Source of the DNA: Trueperaceae bacterium
GTDB lineage: Bacteria; Deinococcota; Deinococci; Deinococcales; Trueperaceae
NCBI GenBank assembly: GCA_965214405.1
Contig: OZ243956.1
Span: 4,384,001-4,448,000, forward strand
Direction of reading: 5' to 3'
DNA: 64,000 bases
This document shows positions 58,704 through 64,000 of this stretch, one piece after another. The notes under the pieces were generated by a model. That model was not told where the DNA came from and did not search any database. It saw nothing but the letters and a program-made list of their open reading frames with translations. Position 1 is the stretch's first letter. Every line of letters begins with the position of its first letter. Position numbers and translations under genes: made by a program.

Positions 58704-59012
58704 CTAAACACGCTCCTCTGCCACCGCTTCAAATTTCTCCAGGGCGTCTCTGACCGCTCTAAACGTAGAGGGCGCCAATTCATAAAACACCCAGCGCCCG
58801 CGCTTTTCTGCGGTGACGAAGCCTAATTGCTCGAGCTGCTTCATGTGGTGGCTGATGGTGGGCTGGCTGAGCCCCAAAAAGGTCTCCAAGTCGCAGCCGC
58901 ACACGCCCTCTTCGCGGGAGCAGCAGCTTTGGACGGGGTCGCGTAGGAATTCCAGGATGCTTAACCTGGTCGGGTCTGCGAGGACCTTGAGTTTGTCGGA
59001 TAAATCACGCAT
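58704..59012 (-). CDS. arsR: ArsR/SmtB repressor
   Basis: LADPTRL, SCC...VCGCDL, LSQPTISHH, RGRWVFY. Confidence 0.93.
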   Translation of the reverse strand: MRDLSDKLKVLADPTRLSILEFLRDPVQSCCSREEGVCGCDLETFLGLSQPTISHHMKQLEQLGFVTAEKRGRWVFYELAPSTFRAVRDALEKFEAVAEERV

Positions 59013-59045
59013 AGATAGCAGTCTATTAATAGGTTGTCATCTATG
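59010..59045. promoter_or_regulatory. Probable ArsR operator overlapping the -10 box and start codon
   Basis: Imperfect palindrome CATAGAT...CTATTAATAG...ATCTATG. Confidence 0.6.
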
Positions 59046-59062
59046 TGTCATCTGCCAGGCCT

Positions 59063-59248
59063 CTCTTGCGGACCATGCCTGCGAACGCTTTATGTGCCGG
59101 GGATGTTGTAAAACGACGAATTGAGCCCAACGGTGTTGAAGTGTTGCGCGTAAATCTTGAGGTAATCCGCCAGCTTGGTGCCCTCGGGGTAGAGGGGCTC
59201 GAGCCAGTCGTCGTTGGCGTGGCCGCCTGTGCCGAGATAGAGTTCCAT
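59063..59248 (-). pseudogene. Diverged copy of the 5' end of the DUF72 gene (56342-56526)
   Basis: Aligns by eye; 1-nt insertion near 59090; truncated on the 3' side. Confidence 0.9.
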
Positions 59249-59350
59249 TTAGGTGATACTGCCCCTCGCCATGCCTGTGTACGCTTCTTTCAACATGACT
59301 TCTCTCTCAACATGACTTCACAATACATGAGGTGTTCCTAACAAAATAGT

Positions 59351-59365
59351 TGACACTCCGTGTCA
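59351..59365. promoter_or_regulatory. Palindromic operator candidate TGACAC-N3-GTGTCA
   Basis: Perfect dyad about 25 nt upstream of the GyrI-like gene, overlapping TTGACA. Confidence 0.5.
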
Positions 59366-59389
59366 TATCGGACGTACTAAAATAGACGT

Positions 59390-60007
59390 ATGGAGAAAGT
59401 TGACTTCAAGAAAAGCCTCAAGCATCTCTACGCCCCCTCGACTAAAGACTTTGATGTTGTAGACGTGCCTGTTATGAACTACCTCATGATAGATGGACAC
59501 GGCGACCCCAACACGGCGCAGGAATATGAGGACGCACTCGAGACGCTTTACGCTGTGGCTTATAAGCTCAAGTTCGTGAGCAAGGCAAGCGCAAAAGATT
59601 ATGTCGTTCCTCCCCTCGAGGGGTTGTGGTGGGCAGAAGATTACGGTAGCTTTACTCGAGGAGACAAGGGAACTTGGGACTGGACGATGATGATTATGGT
59701 GCCGGACTGGATAGACCGTGACGTGTTTAATAAAGCCCTCGAGAGCGTAAAGTCTACAAAAGATTTACCGTCACTCGACAAGCTACGCCTAGAATTACTC
59801 GCTGAGGGTGGCTGTGCTCAAATCATGCACGTGGGCTCTTACGATGATGAGGCGCCTACCCTGGCTCGCCTACACAACGAATGGTTGCCCAAAAACGGCT
59901 ATAGGGAGGCAGGGAAGCATCACGAAATTTACATCAGCGACCCCAGAAAAGTACCTTCCCACAAACTGAAAACCGTACTTAGACAACCTGTCGAGAAAGT
60001 AGGGTGA
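59390..60007 (+). CDS. GyrI-like small-molecule-binding domain protein
   Basis: KVDFKKSLKHLY, DGHGDPN, VVPPLEGLWW, HVGSYDDE, HHEIYISDPR. Confidence 0.9.
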   Translation: MEKVDFKKSLKHLYAPSTKDFDVVDVPVMNYLMIDGHGDPNTAQEYEDALETLYAVAYKLKFVSKASAKDYVVPPLEGLWWAEDYGSFTRGDKGTWDWTMMIMVPDWIDRDVFNKALESVKSTKDLPSLDKLRLELLAEGGCAQIMHVGSYDDEAPTLARLHNEWLPKNGYREAGKHHEIYISDPRKVPSHKLKTVLRQPVEKVG

Positions 60008-60551
60008 AGGGGGTAAGCGGGGTGGTTAAGTTTCTGAGGTGCTGAATGAGAAGGTCGCCATCCTCGAGCCTTTTGGCTATATCCTTGATATCAATATAGT
60101 CGTTGTACCCCGTGGCCTCATACGCTTCATCAGGGCTCGCGCGGGTGAGTTCTTCAAAGGACATGTTCCCGTAATGGCTAATGGCGTAGTCCAAGCATTC
60201 CACATCCGATTCGCTTAGGAACTCGAGTCCGGGCTCCATTTTCGGTACAATGTAATAGTTCGATTTGATATCCATAGCCCTGCCAAACTCTTCCAAAAGC
60301 GCCGTATTAAAAGCAGGATGCCCGCAATTTCTGACGGCTTTTAGGATGTCACAGGTCACAGAGGGGACGGGGCCATGTTTCATAGCGACGTAGTTATCGC
60401 CGCTAATAAAGCGCCCGTAGTGCTCGAGATGGCGCTTGTCGGCAAAATAGAGCACTTTTGAAATGGTGTGAAGAGTTGGTCTTGCCACTTTTGAAGCGAC
60501 GTAAAGAACGGCGGCGAGAGCAGCGTCTTTGTCAAAATTGCAGTTTCTCAT
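59979..60551 (-). CDS. Panacea (DUF4065/SocA-like) antitoxin
   Basis: KVLYFADKRHLEHYGRFISGDNYVAMKHGPVPS, FLSESD. Confidence 0.85.
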   Translation of the reverse strand: MRNCNFDKDAALAAVLYVASKVARPTLHTISKVLYFADKRHLEHYGRFISGDNYVAMKHGPVPSVTCDILKAVRNCGHPAFNTALLEEFGRAMDIKSNYYIVPKMEPGLEFLSESDVECLDYAISHYGNMSFEELTRASPDEAYEATGYNDYIDIKDIAKRLEDGDLLIQHLRNLTTPLTPFTLLSRQVV

Positions 60552-60732
60552 AGCCACCTCTTTTCAATGAACCGTCGTTTTTTGCTCTCCCTGTTTCATG
60601 ACTATAGCCCAGTTCAGGCTATACATGTTGAACATGTGATTTGTTGTGTTTTTGCCAAGGCATTTTGGTGTGCCAAGTAAACAGTTATCCTTCATCCAAA
60701 ATTCCCGCCCAGCCGCCCCACCCCCAATCTTA

Positions 60733-61094
60733 CCTGCTTAGAAGCCGTCTACAAGACCCAGAAGAGCGACTGGAAGGCTGCGTTAAAGAACGTCAAGGGC
60801 GTCTACCTTACCGTTGACAACCGTTGACAAAAGCAACGGCGAGAAGTACGTGGGCTCCACCTATGGTGATTTCAGCCTTTGTCTCGGTGGGCGCGTTACG
60901 TCGGCACGGGCCACGGCTGGAACGACGCGCTCACCAAGCTTATTGTTCAAGAGGGCCTTAAGTACGCCAGAAAGAACTTCAGGTTCTCGCTGCTCGACTA
61001 CCGGCCCATGAAAACGGACGACGGCATCATCATCCAGCGGGAAGGGTATTGGGAGGCCCTGCTGACGGAGAGCTTCGGCTACAACCGAAACTAG
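60733..61094 (+). pseudogene. Degraded copy of the 3' part of the GIY-YIG gene (57181-57539)
   Basis: Aligns by eye; 10-bp duplication CCGTTGACAA at 60811-60830 and small deletions. Confidence 0.9.
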
Positions 61095-61258
61095 CGGGTC
61101 AACGCGTCAAGCTCTATCGGCCGAGTGATGACCTACCAAGGACTGCGGGACGGCCTATTATTCTGACTCTTTAGTTTGGCAGAAGAAATCGGCAGAAGAA
61201 AGTGGAAGAAGAGAGCGCCCCGCACGCAAACCGGGTGCCAGAATTGGTATAAGAGGGC

Positions 61259-62053
61259 ATGGATAAAACCGAACGCGCAGCCAACTTGAATCAGGGTGAC
61301 AGAAGCGAAAAAGAAGAGTTCCGGCGGCCCCCCGGCCCCGAGCGGCAGTACGTCATCGACGCGCTCGCGGGCGAGTCGTGGCGGCTTTTTCGGATTATGG
61401 GCGAATTTGTTCAAGGGTTCGAAGACATGAGCGACGTCGGCCCGGCGGTGACGATTTTCGGCTCGGCGCGTCTCAAAGAGGACCACCCCACCTACGCGCA
61501 AGCCGAGAACTTGGCGCGGCACCTTTCCGAATCGGGCTACACCGTCTTGACGGGCGGCGGCCCCGGCATCATGGAGGCGGGCAACAAGGGCGCGTTCGAG
61601 CGCGGCGGGCGTTCTATAGGCCTTAACATCGACTTGCCCCACGAGCAAGCGCCCAACCCCTACCAGACCGATTCGCTCGACTTTCGCTACTTTTTTGTGC
61701 GTAAGGTCATGCTCGTGCGCTACTCGTCAGCTTTCGTGGTGTTTCCGGGCGGTTTCGGCACCATCGACGAACTCTTCGAGGCGCTGACGCTCATCCAGAC
61801 CAAAAAAATCCTCCCGTTTCCGGTCTACTTGGTCGGGGTGGAATTTTGGCAGGGGCTCATCGAGTGGCTCAAGAACACGCTCCTGCGCGCGGGCACGATT
61901 TCCGAAGACGACCTCCATTTGTTCAAGGTGGTGGACGACACCGCGAGTATCCCGGAAGAAATCGACCGTTATTACCAAGACCTCAACCACGCGGGCTTTA
62001 GAAAACCCGACGAGGACGACCCGGTGGGAAAGATAGTCAAGGCGGAAGGCTGA
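61259..62053 (+). CDS. LOG family (TIGR00730) protein
   Basis: VTIFGSAR, TGGGPGIMEA, YFFVRKVM, PGGFGTIDE. Confidence 0.93.
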   Translation: MDKTERAANLNQGDRSEKEEFRRPPGPERQYVIDALAGESWRLFRIMGEFVQGFEDMSDVGPAVTIFGSARLKEDHPTYAQAENLARHLSESGYTVLTGGGPGIMEAGNKGAFERGGRSIGLNIDLPHEQAPNPYQTDSLDFRYFFVRKVMLVRYSSAFVVFPGGFGTIDELFEALTLIQTKKILPFPVYLVGVEFWQGLIEWLKNTLLRAGTISEDDLHLFKVVDDTASIPEEIDRYYQDLNHAGFRKPDEDDPVGKIVKAEG

Positions 62054-62170
62054 CGAGTTGGCCCAAAGCGGGAGCTCGAGCCTCATTCCACTCCCGCCCT
62101 TCACAAACTTTACCGCCGTAACCCCCGTGAATGGCGGGTCGTCTTCACTGCCGGTAGGCCGCGTGTCCGC

Positions 62171-62485
62171 CTAACTTTCGTCCGACTCCGGCGGCGGCAG
62201 CTTCTCGCCCTGAGAATCCTGATAGGCGCTCTCTTCTTCCGTCTCGCCGCCCAGTTCGCCCGCGGTGCTCGAGCGCTCCTCGCTCTCCCGGACGACCTCT
62301 TCTTCTTCGGCCCGCCGCTCTCTCTCGACGCGCCCGCTTTTGTTCGTGCGGTTTTCCACCGCGCGTCCGGGTTTACTTTGCGACTGCTCTTTGTCAAAGT
62401 CGCTCACGTTGCCGCCGTGGGTGTTCTGGGGGTCTGAGGGTTGTTTGTGGACGGGGGAGTTGTCTTCGGTTCCTTTATCGCTCAT
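62171..62485 (-). CDS. Small acidic hydrophilic hypothetical protein
   Basis: MSDKGTEDNSP...EEEEVVRESEE...; AAAGGA RBS before ATG 62485. Confidence 0.6.
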   Translation of the reverse strand: MSDKGTEDNSPVHKQPSDPQNTHGGNVSDFDKEQSQSKPGRAVENRTNKSGRVERERRAEEEEVVRESEERSSTAGELGGETEEESAYQDSQGEKLPPPESDES

Positions 62486-62634
62486 GGTGGGTCCTTTCAC
62501 CAGAACTATACAGGTGCTTCCGCGCCGAGAGTAGGCTTTGCCCCACGTGGTCCCCAAAAACCGCCGGAGAGCGTGCAAGGTTTGGGAGAGGGCAGAGCCT
62601 ACGTTCTTAAACTCGTATAGCGGCGCTTGTGCGG

Positions 62635-63993
62635 GGGTGCAGCCCGCTAGTGTCGGATTAAGCCGGGGCAGGGTAAGCGAGGTGCCTGAGCTGCCCAAAG
62701 TCAATGAGGGAATGTTTGGCACAGGTCTGGGCACGCAAAGAGGCCATACTGGCAGCACCTTGTTTGGACCAGTGCATCCCGCTTCTTTTCATACGGTTTC
62801 CGATAACGGCTTTGTTCATCCCTTCGATTTGCCCTGAACCGATGGGATAGCCTTTTTCTGTGAACCGAGCATAATCCATACTGTCAAGCCGGGTTTCAAG
62901 ATACTTTAGAGCAGTTTGCGCTTTGTCATCCCAGGTGAGCCAGACCTCGGGTTTAGGAAGGTGGTGAGCGAGCCAGTCACGGGCGTTGAGCTGACCCCGA
63001 TACCAGTCACAGCGGTGGCGCGTTCTTAGGTCTTCATCCCAAGCCAGTGCTTGCATGATGGTGTCGAGGTACTGAGTGGCGTGGTAGACGTCGGTGATTC
63101 TTACGGCGTCGAGATGACAAAAGATGTTGTCAATCCAAACGGCTCCATCACCCAAACCGAGCAGCGTATCCGCGGGGGTGACTCCGGCTTCGTTGAGTAA
63201 ACCCGCCACGAGCGTGACAAAGTCTTCGGCACAGCAGCGTTCGGCCAACATCCAGCGCTGACTCGGAGCGGCTTGCGGATAAAGTACGGCTGTTTTGAGT
63301 TCCAGGCCAGGACATAGCCCCTGTTCAGGTTGCCCTAAGACGTAGACGCCGTCCATTTGCAACACCATGACGCGTCCTTGTCGGCGTGCCGCTTCAGGCT
63401 CTGAACAAGACAACAGTCTGTCTGCCACCTCGGCTCGACACGCCTCAGCGTAGGGGCGTTGCAAGCGGTCTAATTCTGACGAGCTAATCCTCAGGCCGAA
63501 GTTGCGCGCGATGTAAGCGCCTTCTTCTAAGGGCACGCGCGCTGCTAAGTCGGTCAGGCAAGCTAAGGCTTTGGGCGTCCAGCCCGAATGGTCTAAGCGT
63601 CTATCGAGGATAGCTTGTTTGGCTCGACCCTCTCTATCAACCAGCCTTTGTACCTCGACATAGACCCGGCCCCACAAGTGCTTAACCGCGCAGCGACGTT
63701 TGCCGTTACCCCAATAGCCTTCAGGTACTTCTCTTTTGTGCTCGGGGGGAAAAGCTCCGGCTATCTGCCAGAGCTTGCATAGTCTCACTCATCATCGCTT
63801 GATAATGCGCCAGCATCGCCGTCTCAACCTCGGCTACACCCGCATCTTCGGGTAGGTCTCGTTCCAAAGCTTCTAAGTACCTGCCAAACGCTTCCTTCGC
63901 CCGTTCTTTCCAATCACCTGTCTGGCTCGTTTTCATCCGCCATTCTACCGCTGCTACGCCCCTTTTTCTATCCGCCTATTTGGGGTTGCACCC
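62635..63993 (-). mobile_element. Insertion sequence, ISKra4/ISLre2-like
   Basis: Ends GGGTGCAGCCC (62635) and, on the reverse strand, GGGTGCAACCC (63993). No clear target duplication. Confidence 0.8.
62658..63936 (-). CDS. Transposase split into two frames at TTTTCCCCCC (63744-63753)
   Basis: ORF 63721..63936 plus the +1 frame with MDG, GDGAVWI, DVYHA, GYPIGSGQIEG, RMKRSGMHW. Confidence 0.8.
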
Positions 63994-64000
63994 GCTGTTC

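Overview
GC-rich bacterial chromosome segment, by inference Deinococcota and probably Truepera-like. The evidence is the nurA-herA pair, a helicase-dead PriA, a CC-adding-type nucleotidyltransferase and frequent leaderless -10 boxes. About 70 coding regions are visible. They include housekeeping genes (ppk2, coaE, purM, priA, smpB, nurA/herA), several toxin-antitoxin loci (two VapBC pairs plus a zeta-like ATPase next to a type ISP R-M remnant, a VapBC45-type pair, orphan DUF433 and Panacea antitoxins), an arsR-arsC-aquaporin operon, a BVMO-esterase-SDR cluster, a malectin-kelch lipoprotein, a secreted protein with about 181 uninterrupted Gly-X-Y triplets, and two unrelated IS elements. No rRNA, tRNA, tmRNA or CRISPR array was recognised. 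Most interesting leads: (1) a highly iterated palindrome CTCGAG/GCTCGAGC that is missing from both IS elements and the VapBC45 islet; (2) both IS transposases are split at the same TTTTCCCCCC motif and need the same +1 shift; (3) a stand-alone protein resembling EF-G domain IV; (4) a possible cysteate/sulfolactate catabolic cluster; (5) a duplicated DUF72-5'/GIY-YIG unit with different cargo in each copy; (6) many 10-15 bp tandem duplications, one breaking a GNAT gene and one doubling the smpB RBS and start codon. All family calls come from motif recognition by eye; no database search was run.
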